Shown in pieces: positions 35,777 through 44,195 of a DNA stretch of 64,000 nucleotides (position 1 is its first letter; the number at the start of each line of letters is the position of its first letter). The notes below the pieces were generated by a model. The model ran no database searches and was not told where the DNA came from. It was given only the letters and a program-made list of their open reading frames with translations. The DNA is from Dehalococcoidia bacterium (GTDB lineage: Bacteria; Chloroflexota; Dehalococcoidia; Lucifugimonadales; UBA1123): the NCBI GenBank assembly GCA_963668275.2, contig OY764155.1:224642-288641 (forward strand). Reading direction: 5' to 3'. The position numbers and the translations under genes were made by a program.

Positions 35777-38314
35777 TCACGCGCCCGCCTCCTGGCTTGG
35801 CTGGGGTATCAGACGCCTGAACATTCTGCCGACGAGCTTGAACCTGATTTCCTTCCAGGCCGCCAGTAGGTCCCCCCGCTCATCTTCGTCCGCCTGTCTT
35901 CCGCCATAGCGGTAGGCGGCGTAGGACGTCGCTATCGCGATGGCGCCATCGCCCGCGTCGGGAATAGCCCTGCCTACCCGCGCGCCGAACTCGATGGGCG
36001 TCTGGTCGTGTCTGCGACCGACTCCGGCCATCCAGCCCAGCCTCGTCAGCTTTGCGTACAGCCTAGACTCCGGGCCGAGAGATCCAAGTCCGAAATTCCA
36101 TATTACAGACCAAACGATCCATATGCCGCCAATCACACCGACCACGATTGCGGCGGGTACCAGGTACCGAACTATATCTTCTATCGCTATGAACGAATTT
36201 GAGGAGCCGGAGCCGGAGGCGGGAAGGAAGACGGCCTCACCCTCCACGTCGAATGGATCCAGCAGTTCGTCCGGGTCTTCCTCGATGGGGTCGTCTCCGA
36301 ATCCGGAGACCGGGAGCGCCGGCAGGGAAGATCGCTCGTGCTCGGGCCAGTTGGGCGTCGGCTCGAAGTCAATCCAGCCGTAATCCGGGAAATATGCCTG
36401 GACCCAGCCGTGGCTGTCGGAGTCGCGTATGACGCGCTGACCGGCCTCGTTCAACACGCCGGGGGCGTATCCGGCGGCCATCCGCGCCGGGACGCCGACC
36501 GATCTCAGCATGACGGCCATGGAAGAGGCGTAGTAGTCGGAGTAGCCCGTTTTGGTCTCCAACAGGAACCATTCTACGCCGTCGCTGCCCGCCGGAGGAG
36601 CGTCTATATCCTGCGAATAGGTGAAATCGGGGCCGCGCAGATAGCTCTCTATCGCGAGCGCCTTGTCGAGGGGGTTGTCCTGGCCCTCGGTGACCCGTTC
36701 GGCAAGCGCGCGAACCTCTTCCGGGAAGGCCGGCGGGAGTTGCAGGTAGTGATCGGTGACAAAGCTGCCGTACTCGGTAGAGGCTTCTCTGAGGTCGTCA
36801 TCGGTCGCCACGGACACGTATGAGATCATGCTGTACGGTTCGTTCTTCTCCAGGCTGTCGTCGAACTTCCATGAGACCAGTTCCGGGGTGATCGGAGCCT
36901 TGCGCTGGAGGACTACGGATTCAACCGAGTTGGACGAATCCGATTGTATCTCCAGGATGAGAAGGTCGTCCGGCAGACGCTGGCCTATCATGCCTCTGGC
37001 CGTATCCTCGCTGAGTCCGCGCAGGTCGAAGCGGAAGCCTTCCGCCAGTTCGCGCACGTCCTGTGGGAAGGAAGGCTCGGATGACGGGTCGTCCATGTCT
37101 ATGACGAACTTCCTGGGGGCCAGCGCCTCGATGACGGCGGGCTTGCTTACCCAGTTGAAGTCCCCGCCGGACAGGAACTTTTCGGACGCGAAGTCCAGCT
37201 GCATCATCTGTGTCTGCGTCTCGCGCTTGAGGCTGTCTCGTCTCGCGGGCGGGAGAATATCCGGCCCAACCTCGATGGGTTCGGACTCGGTGGCTATCCA
37301 TCCCTGCGGGGTGTAATAGTTGTACGTCTGGGACAGCCAGTAGGAGGGGTAGCTGGTCGTGGCCCATCCGACCGGCTCGCCGCCGAAGGATATTTTCCCG
37401 ATGAAGGGGAGCCATTTGCCGAAGAAGCGGCCCGGCGTGTCCTTCTTGGTCGGCAGCGCGGCGAACAGCCTGGCGAAGAAGTCTTCGGCGGCGGTTACCG
37501 GAGCGCGTCCTATGTTCCACACCTGCGCCGCCGTCGAGTTGGTATATACGTTCATCGGCAGCAGCACGGCGACTATTATGACCAGCGCGCTGAACCAGGC
37601 GGTGGCGTGCAGCGCGAGCCAGCCGGTGTGTTCGGTGAACCTGATGTTGAGCTTCTGCCAGCGCCCTTCGGCATTTACGGCGCTTACCCTGACGATGAGC
37701 AGCATGGCGATGAACAGGAACAGGAAGAAGCGGGCGGCGTACTGTTCGGGCAGGAAGCTGAGATTCGTGAGCATGGCCGTACCGAGCAGTATCACGGCGA
37801 TCCAGACGTTGCCGCGCCTGAAGATGAACCAGGAACCGAAGAACCCGACTATCCAGCCGATAGCGAGCATAACCAGCGCGAAGGGCAGGAGATCGGTGCT
37901 TATGCCGCCGCTGTTGGCGGCTTCCCACCAAACATCCAGCCTGTTGAACATCTCCCTGAAACGCTCTATCGCGCTGTCTCCCTCTACGCTCCGGGCAGAA
38001 GTCTGCCAGAGGACTGCCGCCGCTCCGAGAAGCAGCCCGGCGGGCATGAGCAGGAACCAGGGCGCGCGCAGTTTCGCCAGAATCAGCCCCGCTATCGCGG
38101 CCCATATGAGAATCGGGATGAGTCCGGGGGACTTCACCCATCCGGCGGCTTCCACGGACTCGCCGACCACCAGAAGCGCGATAATCAGAAGCGCGAACGC
38201 GGTCCAGCCCTGGCTCGGGCTGTACTGCCTGAACCTGTCCATCCAGGAGCGATGCCTGGACTCTTCCGGGTCCAGCCGGTGGTGGAGGAAGACTCCCGCG
38301 CTCTGGCCGCTCAT
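35777..38314 (-). CDS. TgpA-like transglutaminase-domain membrane protein (catalytic Cys position reads Ser)
   Basis: 845 aa. Multi-TM N-terminus; core GYSDYYASSMAVMLRSVGVPARMAAGY ... SHGWVQAYFPDYGWIDFEPT; C-terminal TM plus a DUF4129-like tail. Confidence 0.85.
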   Translation of the reverse strand: MSGQSAGVFLHHRLDPEESRHRSWMDRFRQYSPSQGWTAFALLIIALLVVGESVEAAGWVKSPGLIPILIWAAIAGLILAKLRAPWFLLMPAGLLLGAAAVLWQTSARSVEGDSAIERFREMFNRLDVWWEAANSGGISTDLLPFALVMLAIGWIVGFFGSWFIFRRGNVWIAVILLGTAMLTNLSFLPEQYAARFFLFLFIAMLLIVRVSAVNAEGRWQKLNIRFTEHTGWLALHATAWFSALVIIVAVLLPMNVYTNSTAAQVWNIGRAPVTAAEDFFARLFAALPTKKDTPGRFFGKWLPFIGKISFGGEPVGWATTSYPSYWLSQTYNYYTPQGWIATESEPIEVGPDILPPARRDSLKRETQTQMMQLDFASEKFLSGGDFNWVSKPAVIEALAPRKFVIDMDDPSSEPSFPQDVRELAEGFRFDLRGLSEDTARGMIGQRLPDDLLILEIQSDSSNSVESVVLQRKAPITPELVSWKFDDSLEKNEPYSMISYVSVATDDDLREASTEYGSFVTDHYLQLPPAFPEEVRALAERVTEGQDNPLDKALAIESYLRGPDFTYSQDIDAPPAGSDGVEWFLLETKTGYSDYYASSMAVMLRSVGVPARMAAGYAPGVLNEAGQRVIRDSDSHGWVQAYFPDYGWIDFEPTPNWPEHERSSLPALPVSGFGDDPIEEDPDELLDPFDVEGEAVFLPASGSGSSNSFIAIEDIVRYLVPAAIVVGVIGGIWIVWSVIWNFGLGSLGPESRLYAKLTRLGWMAGVGRRHDQTPIEFGARVGRAIPDAGDGAIAIATSYAAYRYGGRQADEDERGDLLAAWKEIRFKLVGRMFRRLIPQPSQEAGA

Positions 38315-39525
38315 GGGGTGGCCTCCACGGCGTCCGCCTCGGGCGCGGTCACGGTGTAGGTGTGGGAGAGCGCGAGGGGTACGTCGTCTCCCATGCGGAC
38401 TACGTAGGGGTCAACCGCCGCTTCGTAAAGCGACGGGACTATGGACATAGGCTCGAACATACCGCCGAACGACTGGCCGTCCACCAGGATCGTCGCGATC
38501 CTGATGCGGCGGCGGGCAAGCTCTTTCACCGCCACTGCCCACGCTTCGCGGTGCGACGGGGTTATTATGACTAGGGCGCTCTGCGTTCCCCATAGCTGCT
38601 CCTCGCGGACCAGGACATCTTCGAGGGGCAGGCTGCCCTCGGCCTTGCTCATCGCGAGGTATTCCATGATTCGCTCGTACTGGCCTGAGCCTGTATCGGC
38701 GGGAAGCACGTAGCGGGAGTCGCCGTATGATACGAGGCCGACGGGCATCTGGGCGCGTTCGTATTTGCGGGCGAGAGAGGCGGCTATGGAGACGGCGTAC
38801 TCGTCGGTGCTCTCCTCCAACTCCCCGGCCTGGACGTCCATGTGGAGGTCAACGATCAGCCACACGTCGCTGGCGAGGCCAAGGTCGAACTCCTTGGACA
38901 TGAGCCTTCCCGAGCGGGCGGTGCTGGGCCAGTGTATTCTGCTGAGGCTGTCGCCGAATGCGTATTCGCGGACGCTCGCGGCGTGAGGCGTCAGGTTGTG
39001 GGACCTTCGCTGCGCCGAACTGTCGCCGCTTATGTACGCTGAGGGCATCTCGAATTCGGGGAGGTCGTAGATGCGCGGATAGACGAGTAGCGAGTCCTGC
39101 CCGCCAAAGTCGCGTTCGCGCCTGAACAGTCCGAACAGGTCCGTGTTGGAGACGCGCACCGGGCCGAGAGTATAGGCGCCGCGCTTGCGGGCGGGAGCGC
39201 GCGCAAGCCAGGACCTGAAGCTGTTGTTGGACAGGCTGAGGGCCATCCCGTTGGAGTAGCCCGGCATATCGGTAATGTCTTCCACTTCCAGCGTGGGCTT
39301 GGGCAGGCGGCTGTTGTTGCGGACTACTATGCGCTCTTCGATGTCGTCGCCGACCCTGACGCGGCGGGTGCGCCGCTCAATTGCGACGTCCAGCCCGAGC
39401 ATCGTGATCCAGTTCCATACGAACGCGAGCATGGCGGTGAGGGCCATGACGTATATGAGCCGGTAGAACAGGGCGAACCCGGTGGCCATGGCGGTGAAGA
39501 AGGTGATGATTACCAGGCCGATCAC
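38311..39525 (-). CDS. DUF58 domain protein
   Basis: ASVREYAFGDSLSRIHWPSTARSGRLMSKEFD is the DUF58 signature. Confidence 0.85.
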   Translation of the reverse strand: MIGLVIITFFTAMATGFALFYRLIYVMALTAMLAFVWNWITMLGLDVAIERRTRRVRVGDDIEERIVVRNNSRLPKPTLEVEDITDMPGYSNGMALSLSNNSFRSWLARAPARKRGAYTLGPVRVSNTDLFGLFRRERDFGGQDSLLVYPRIYDLPEFEMPSAYISGDSSAQRRSHNLTPHAASVREYAFGDSLSRIHWPSTARSGRLMSKEFDLGLASDVWLIVDLHMDVQAGELEESTDEYAVSIAASLARKYERAQMPVGLVSYGDSRYVLPADTGSGQYERIMEYLAMSKAEGSLPLEDVLVREEQLWGTQSALVIITPSHREAWAVAVKELARRRIRIATILVDGQSFGGMFEPMSIVPSLYEAAVDPYVVRMGDDVPLALSHTYTVTAPEADAVEATP

Positions 39526-39574
39526 CAGGTAGAGGCGTTTTTGTATGAATAGCTTTCCGTGGAAAATTGTAGTT

Positions 39575-39612
39575 CACCCTCACCCTAGCCCTCTCCCTGG
39601 GGGAGAGGGGAT
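39575..39612. repeat. REP-like hairpin type 1
   Basis: Lies inside the MoxR-DUF58 intergenic spacer. Confidence 0.85.
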
Positions 39613-39658
39613 TTTTCAACTGTCGAGGTCTCTGGATTCGCGCTTGCAGTTGGGGTTT

Positions 39659-39699
39659 CACCCCCATCCTAGCCTTCCCCCGTCAAGGGGGAAGGGACT
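39659..39699. repeat. REP-like hairpin type 2 (CACCCCCATCCTAGCC-TTCCCCC-loop-GGGGGAA-GGGAC)
   Basis: Same spacer, tandem with the type 1 copy. Confidence 0.85.
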
Positions 39700-39709
39700 T
39701 TCTTCAACA

Positions 39710-40681
39710 TTAGCTCCTGGCGGCTGCCCGCGCCTGTCCGCCAGGGACGGGGGTCTGTTCCAGGATGGTCTCGACGACGTCGGGGCTGGACACGCCGCGC
39801 ATCCTGGCGGCGGGGGAGACTATCATCCGGTGGCTGAGCATCGGCTGGGCCAGGTCTTTCACGTCGTCGGGGAGAACGAAGTCTCGTCCGCGTATGAGCG
39901 CGATTGCCTGTCCGCCCCTGTACATAGCCAGCGAGGCGCGCGGAGACGCGCCGAGCGATATGTCCGCGTGGGAGCGGGTGGCGTCGGTCAGGTTGACTAT
40001 GTACTCCTTAACCAGGTCGTCAACGTAGATGGCGCGAATGGCGCGCTGGAGGTCTATGACTTCCTGCGCCGTGGCGACGGGTTGGAGCGTCTCGATGGGG
40101 TGCGTCATGGCCTGGCGTTCGATGATTTCCAGCTCTTCTTCGATGGTGGGGTAGCCCAGGCTGATGATGAGCAGGAAGCGGTCGAGCTGCGCTTCGGGGA
40201 GCGGGAAGGTGCCCTCGTACTCGACCGGGTTCTGAGTCGCCATGACCATGAACGGGCTGGGGACGGTGTGGGTAATTCCCTCGACGGTCACCTGCCGCTC
40301 GTCCATGGCTTCGAGCATGGCGGACTGGGTTTTGGGCGTGGCGCGGTTCACCTCGTCGGCGAGGACCATCTGGGCGATGATGGGGCCTTCCCTGAACTCG
40401 AACTCGCCCGTCTGCTGGTTGTATATGGAGACGCCGGTGACGTCGGTGGGCAGCAGGTCGGGGGTGAACTGGATTCTCTTGAAAGAGGCGCCGACGGACC
40501 GGGCGATGCTTCGGGCGAGCATCGTCTTGCCCACGCCCGGGACGTCTTCTATGAGCGCGTGTCCCTCGCACATGAGCGCGATTACGCCAAGCTCGACGGA
40601 ACGGCTCTTGCCGACTATGACTTTTTCTATGTTCTCGATTATCTTCTGCGCCAGTTCCCTGGCGGAATCGTGCTGCTCCAA
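39710..40681 (-). CDS. MoxR-family AAA+ ATPase
   Basis: [37 protein letters not shown] and [11 protein letters not shown]. Paralog of 22219-23181. Confidence 0.93.
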   Translation of the reverse strand: MEQHDSARELAQKIIENIEKVIVGKSRSVELGVIALMCEGHALIEDVPGVGKTMLARSIARSVGASFKRIQFTPDLLPTDVTGVSIYNQQTGEFEFREGPIIAQMVLADEVNRATPKTQSAMLEAMDERQVTVEGITHTVPSPFMVMATQNPVEYEGTFPLPEAQLDRFLLIISLGYPTIEEELEIIERQAMTHPIETLQPVATAQEVIDLQRAIRAIYVDDLVKEYIVNLTDATRSHADISLGASPRASLAMYRGGQAIALIRGRDFVLPDDVKDLAQPMLSHRMIVSPAARMRGVSSPDVVETILEQTPVPGGQARAAARS

Positions 40682-40856
40682 GAGAGTCTCCTATCCAAAG
40701 GCGTAGCCGGACATTGAGGGGATTATACAGGATACGCAGGCATACGAAACCCGTCTGCCTGAAAGATGTCCCATGTATATCTTATAGCATACGCGCGTCG
40801 GGCGCGCGCGGATTGTGGAGAGACACGAAGGTATTCAGTTGTTGGGTGGAGGGGGT

Positions 40857-40896
40857 CACCCCCATCCTAACCTTCCCCCATCGAGGGGGAAGGGAT
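40857..40896. repeat. REP-like hairpin type 2
   Basis: Read directly. Confidence 0.85.
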
Positions 40897-40915
40897 TTTG
40901 GGGTGGTCAAGGGAT

Positions 40916-40953
40916 CACCCTCACCCTAGCCCTCTCCCTGAGGGAGAGGGGAT
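40916..40953. repeat. REP-like hairpin type 1
   Basis: Read directly. Ends 3 nt before the stop of the 40956 gene. Confidence 0.85.
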
Positions 40954-40955
40954 AT

Positions 40956-41960
40956 TCATGGGTCGTCTTCGGACTCGAAGCAGATGGGGCAGTTGCAGTT
41001 GCCGTAGTCGTCGCGCTCGTGATCTTCGCAGTCCTCGCAGTAGCAGTCTTCGTCCAGCGCGTAGTCGTCATCGTCCAGGTTGTACATCCAGAAGTCGTAG
41101 GTCTTGTCCACCAACTTGGGGTTGTAGCCGTCGGGGTAGTGCTCGTCGCGCTTCAGAAGACGGGAGAACCAGCCCGGAATCGGGGCTATGATGGACTTGG
41201 GGCATAGATTCCTGATGAACGCCATGTACTCGTTCCATATCAGCGTGGCCTCTGAGACCAACTGGGTGTCGTCGCTGGTGGATGTCAGCGCGCGGCGGAC
41301 TATGTACTGGTGTATCTCTTCGCCTTCCTGACAGTGTGTCTGCCTGAACCTGTCCATGGCGGCTCTCTCGCAGGTTCTGCATGAGCAGCGTTCAGGGTGT
41401 CCGTTCAATACCTGGACGGAGGGCAGGGATGCTACGGGCGCGGTTTGCGCCGTCTGTGGCTGGGCAGTCTCGGTCTGAGAGGTTGGCTGTGTCTGTGGCT
41501 TGGGCGCGGTTGTCTTGCGCCGTTTGGCCGTAGTCAGCAGGGGGAAGGCGCAGCCTATGAGTTCCTTGGCGGCGGCTATACGAATGGAGGGGCTGAAGCT
41601 CTTTATGACTCCATCCATGGCGTCGAGGAAGAAGCGGACCATCTTTCGACCGTTGCGAGTGGTCTTTCTGGCGTAGCCTATGAGTTCGCGTTCGGCGGCG
41701 CTGAGCGCGGCGTCGAGTTCGTCTTCGACTATCCTGCGCTGTGGCGTGTTTCTTGGAAGGCTGGGCTTGCGGTTGGCTTCTACGAATTCTATGCCCTGTT
41801 CGACGCCGATGATGGCGAGGGCTCGGCCTGCCATGAGTTGGTGCTGCGGGGTGAATCTTTCAAATTCGCCCCACATGGCTTTATAGAGGAATTGGACGAT
41901 GCCGCGTCCGTTGTCGGTTTCCTCTTTGATTATCTGTTGTAGTTCTGGGTAGGGGGTCAT
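40956..41960 (-). CDS. hypothetical protein with N-terminal internal duplication, Q/T/P linker and Cys/Asp-rich C-terminus
   Basis: 334 aa. GRGIVQFLYKAMWGEFERFTPQ..AGRALAIIG repeats as GRKMVRFFLDAMDGVIKSFSPS..AAKELIGC. The tail is DEDCYCEDCEDHERDDYGNCNCPICFESEDDP. Confidence 0.6.
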   Translation of the reverse strand: MTPYPELQQIIKEETDNGRGIVQFLYKAMWGEFERFTPQHQLMAGRALAIIGVEQGIEFVEANRKPSLPRNTPQRRIVEDELDAALSAAERELIGYARKTTRNGRKMVRFFLDAMDGVIKSFSPSIRIAAAKELIGCAFPLLTTAKRRKTTAPKPQTQPTSQTETAQPQTAQTAPVASLPSVQVLNGHPERCSCRTCERAAMDRFRQTHCQEGEEIHQYIVRRALTSTSDDTQLVSEATLIWNEYMAFIRNLCPKSIIAPIPGWFSRLLKRDEHYPDGYNPKLVDKTYDFWMYNLDDDDYALDEDCYCEDCEDHERDDYGNCNCPICFESEDDP

Positions 41961-42189
41961 TGGTGGTTAGTTTTTAGTTCTTAGTGGTTAGTTTTCAGCA
42001 TGATAGCAAATATGTTCTTTGAAGGTCAAGTGTTCTGGAATGGAATTATGGTTGCTGAGTGGTTCAGCAGCCATGAAACTCCGCCCATGAGAACAGCGGT
42101 CGAGGAGTTATGAGTGCTGGTTCCAAGTCTTCGCCTAATCCTGCAAATGGCTGGGGATGTGGTTCCTGCCAGCCTGGGGAATCGCCCTC

Positions 42190-42219
42190 TTGACACGCAA
42201 CCCTGTGGTTGCGTATTGT
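42190..42219 (+). promoter_or_regulatory. sigma70-like promoter (TTGACA-18-TATTGT) with embedded 8-bp perfect inverted repeat ACGCAACC-CTGT-GGTTGCGT
   Basis: The -10 ends 7 nt before the ArsR ATG (42227), implying a leaderless transcript. The palindrome is a plausible ArsR operator. Confidence 0.5.
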
Positions 42220-42226
42220 ATGGGTT

Positions 42227-42499
42227 ATGCACAAAGACTTGGTCTTCAAGGCACTCGCGGACCCAACACGAAGGTTGATGCTGGACGAGCTATCCGAGCG
42301 CAAGGAGCAGACGCTTTACGAGCTCACGGCACGCTTGATCATGCGACACGAAGTCGCCATCTCCCGACAGGCCATAGCCAAGCACATTGATGTCTTAGAA
42401 AAAGCGGGGCTCCTAAGCTCAGAGAAGCGTGGCAAGTATCGGATGCTTGTCTTCAACGATGAACCCATCAGGACTGTCATGGACCGATGGCTCAAGTGA
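42227..42499 (+). CDS. ArsR/SmtB-family transcriptional regulator
   Basis: VFKALADPTRRLMLDELSERKEQTLYEL is a winged HTH. Confidence 0.85.
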   Translation: MHKDLVFKALADPTRRLMLDELSERKEQTLYELTARLIMRHEVAISRQAIAKHIDVLEKAGLLSSEKRGKYRMLVFNDEPIRTVMDRWLK

Positions 42500-42526
42500 C
42501 ACTATGAAAAGAAAAGGAGGCCAGAT

Positions 42527-42910
42527 ATGCGCATTACACTCACCAGCGTCTTCGTAAGTGACCAGGACGAAGCTCTGAGGTTCTACACGGAGACTCTCGG
42601 CTTTGTGAAGAAGCATGACGTCCCTGTGGGGGAATTCAAGTGGCTTACCGTCGTCTCGCCCGACGACCCAGATGGGACCGAACTTCTGCTTGAACCAAAT
42701 GACAACCCGGTAGCACAAGAATACCAGAAAGGGATATTTGACCAAGGCATCCCAGCGGCGTCTTTTGGCGTTACGGACATCCGCGCAGAGTGTGAGAAAC
42801 TGAAGTCACGGGGGGTAGCTTTTACGATGGATCCGACAGAATTAGCCAACGTCGCCATAGCGGTCTTTGACGACACCTGCGGCAACCTGATCCAGATAAT
42901 GCAGACGTAA
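42527..42910 (+). CDS. VOC/glyoxalase-family protein
   Basis: 127 aa; FYTETLGFVKKHD and FDDTCGNLIQI are VOC-fold motifs. Confidence 0.85.
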   Translation: MRITLTSVFVSDQDEALRFYTETLGFVKKHDVPVGEFKWLTVVSPDDPDGTELLLEPNDNPVAQEYQKGIFDQGIPAASFGVTDIRAECEKLKSRGVAFTMDPTELANVAIAVFDDTCGNLIQIMQT

Positions 42911-42970
42911 CTGCGACCGACCAGACTATCCCGCTTGGGATGCGGGCGCAGCCCATCCCGTCCAGGCGCT

Positions 42971-43048
42971 TGGTGGGCGATAGAGGACTCGAACCTCTGA
43001 CCTTCTGTGTGTAAGACAGACGCTCTAACCAAGCTGAGCTAACCGCCC
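42971..43048 (-). tRNA. tRNA-Val(TAC)
   Basis: Manual cloverleaf: GGGCGGT/TA/GCTC..GAGC/G/TCTGT-CTTACAC-ACAGA/AGGTC/AGAGG-TTCGAGT-CCTCT/ATCGCCC/A/CCA. Confidence 0.9.
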
Positions 43049-43080
43049 TTGAAACGTGGTACGCCGCGCTCGGCGAGGGG

Positions 43081-43157
43081 TGGCGCGCTTGGCGGGACTC
43101 GAACCCACGACCTCATCCTCCGCAGGGATGCGCTCTAATCCACTGAGCTACAAGCGC
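43081..43157 (-). tRNA. tRNA-Arg(GCG)
   Basis: GCGCTTG/TA/GCTC-AGTGGATTA-GAGC/G/CATCC-CTGCGGA-GGATG/AGGTC/GTGGG-TTCGAGT-CCCGC/CAAGCGC/G/CCA. Confidence 0.88.
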
Positions 43158-43179
43158 GCGCTGGCGCGACGAATTGTTG

Positions 43180-43265
43180 TGGTGCCGAAGGAGGGATTTG
43201 AACCCACACGCCCTTGCGGGCACTACGTCCTGAACGTAGCGCGTCTGCCGTTCCGCCACTTCGGC
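43180..43265 (-). tRNA. tRNA-Leu(CAG), long variable arm
   Basis: Anticodon arm CTACG-TTCAGGA-CGTAG, variable arm GCCCGCAAGGGCG, encoded CCA. Confidence 0.9.
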
Positions 43266-43303
43266 CCCTGTTAGGGATATACGCTCCTTAAAGCTGTTGT
43301 CTG

Positions 43304-43379
43304 TGGTGGGCGGTCGAGGATTTGAACCTCGGACCTCTCGCGTGTGAGGCGAGCGCTCTAACCACTGAGCTAACCGCCC
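43304..43379 (-). tRNA. tRNA-Val(CAC)
   Basis: Anticodon arm CTCGC-CTCACAC-GCGAG, T loop TTCAAAT, encoded CCA. Confidence 0.9.
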
Positions 43380-43456
43380 CCGGCGCTCCGCGCTTTCGCC
43401 GGAAGCGCTCCGGACCGCGACGAGGCCAGGTTCTTCTCATCGCCTTCGCCATTGAG

Positions 43457-43529
43457 TGGCAACGACAGGATTTGAACCTGTGACCTAGCGCTTATGAAGC
43501 GCCCGCTCTGACCGCTGAGCTACGTTGCC
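43457..43529 (-). tRNA. tRNA with CAT anticodon (elongator Met or Ile2/lysidine; not initiator-like)
   Basis: GGCAACG acceptor, anticodon arm GGCGC-TTCATAA-GCGCT, no encoded CCA. Confidence 0.85.
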
Positions 43530-43647
43530 ACCTAAGGACGATATCCTAACCAAAATCATATATGAACGGCTAGGCGAGCGTCAAACGGGAATTATGAAAT
43601 TTCTCTATCCCGTGATGGGCAGTGAGGGGCAGGCATTCAGCCTAATT

Positions 43648-43688
43648 ACCCCCATCCTAACCTTCCCCCTCGACGGGGGAAGGGACTT
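43648..43688. repeat. REP-like hairpin type 2
   Basis: ACCCCCATCCTAACC-TTCCCCC-TCGAC-GGGGGAA-GGGAC. Confidence 0.85.
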
Positions 43689-43691
43689 TGC

Positions 43692-44186
43692 CTACCCTTG
43701 TGAACCCTTCGCCTTCTCCCACGCCTCATAGTTCTCGCGCATATACTGGATGTGTTCGGGAACGTGCGCGGCGTACACGTCGAGCCAGTCCTCCAGGGTC
43801 ATGTCGCCGTTTTCGGGGTGGTAGGCGCTGTTCGCCCACGCCTCTTCGGGCAGCGATTTGATGAGGGTGTAGGTCTTCCGGCGGAGCCACTTGAAGAGGG
43901 TCAGCGTGTCTTCGATGTCCTGCTCGTGATAATCCAGCGAGTCGGCCCACACGTTCTCGTCGTATGCCATCAGGTCTTTGCCCGGCTCCGCTATCAGGCG
44001 CCTACAGCGGATGTAGCTATTGACCTCGCTGTCCGTAATGTGAATCAGATGCTCATGGACGCTCCAGCAGCCGTGTTCGTCCCTGAATCGCCACATCTTT
44101 TTGGGCAGCCCCTCAAGTGTCTCCACCAGCCGACTATAATCATTCCCGTAAGCCTCTATCTTCTCCGCTCGTTCCTCTGGCGTCAT
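43692..44186 (-). CDS. DinB-family protein
   Basis: 164 aa; WSVHEHLIHITDSE and AAHVPEHIQYM His-triad pattern. Confidence 0.82.
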   Translation of the reverse strand: MTPEERAEKIEAYGNDYSRLVETLEGLPKKMWRFRDEHGCWSVHEHLIHITDSEVNSYIRCRRLIAEPGKDLMAYDENVWADSLDYHEQDIEDTLTLFKWLRRKTYTLIKSLPEEAWANSAYHPENGDMTLEDWLDVYAAHVPEHIQYMRENYEAWEKAKGSQG

Positions 44187-44195
44187 ATTGTCCCT

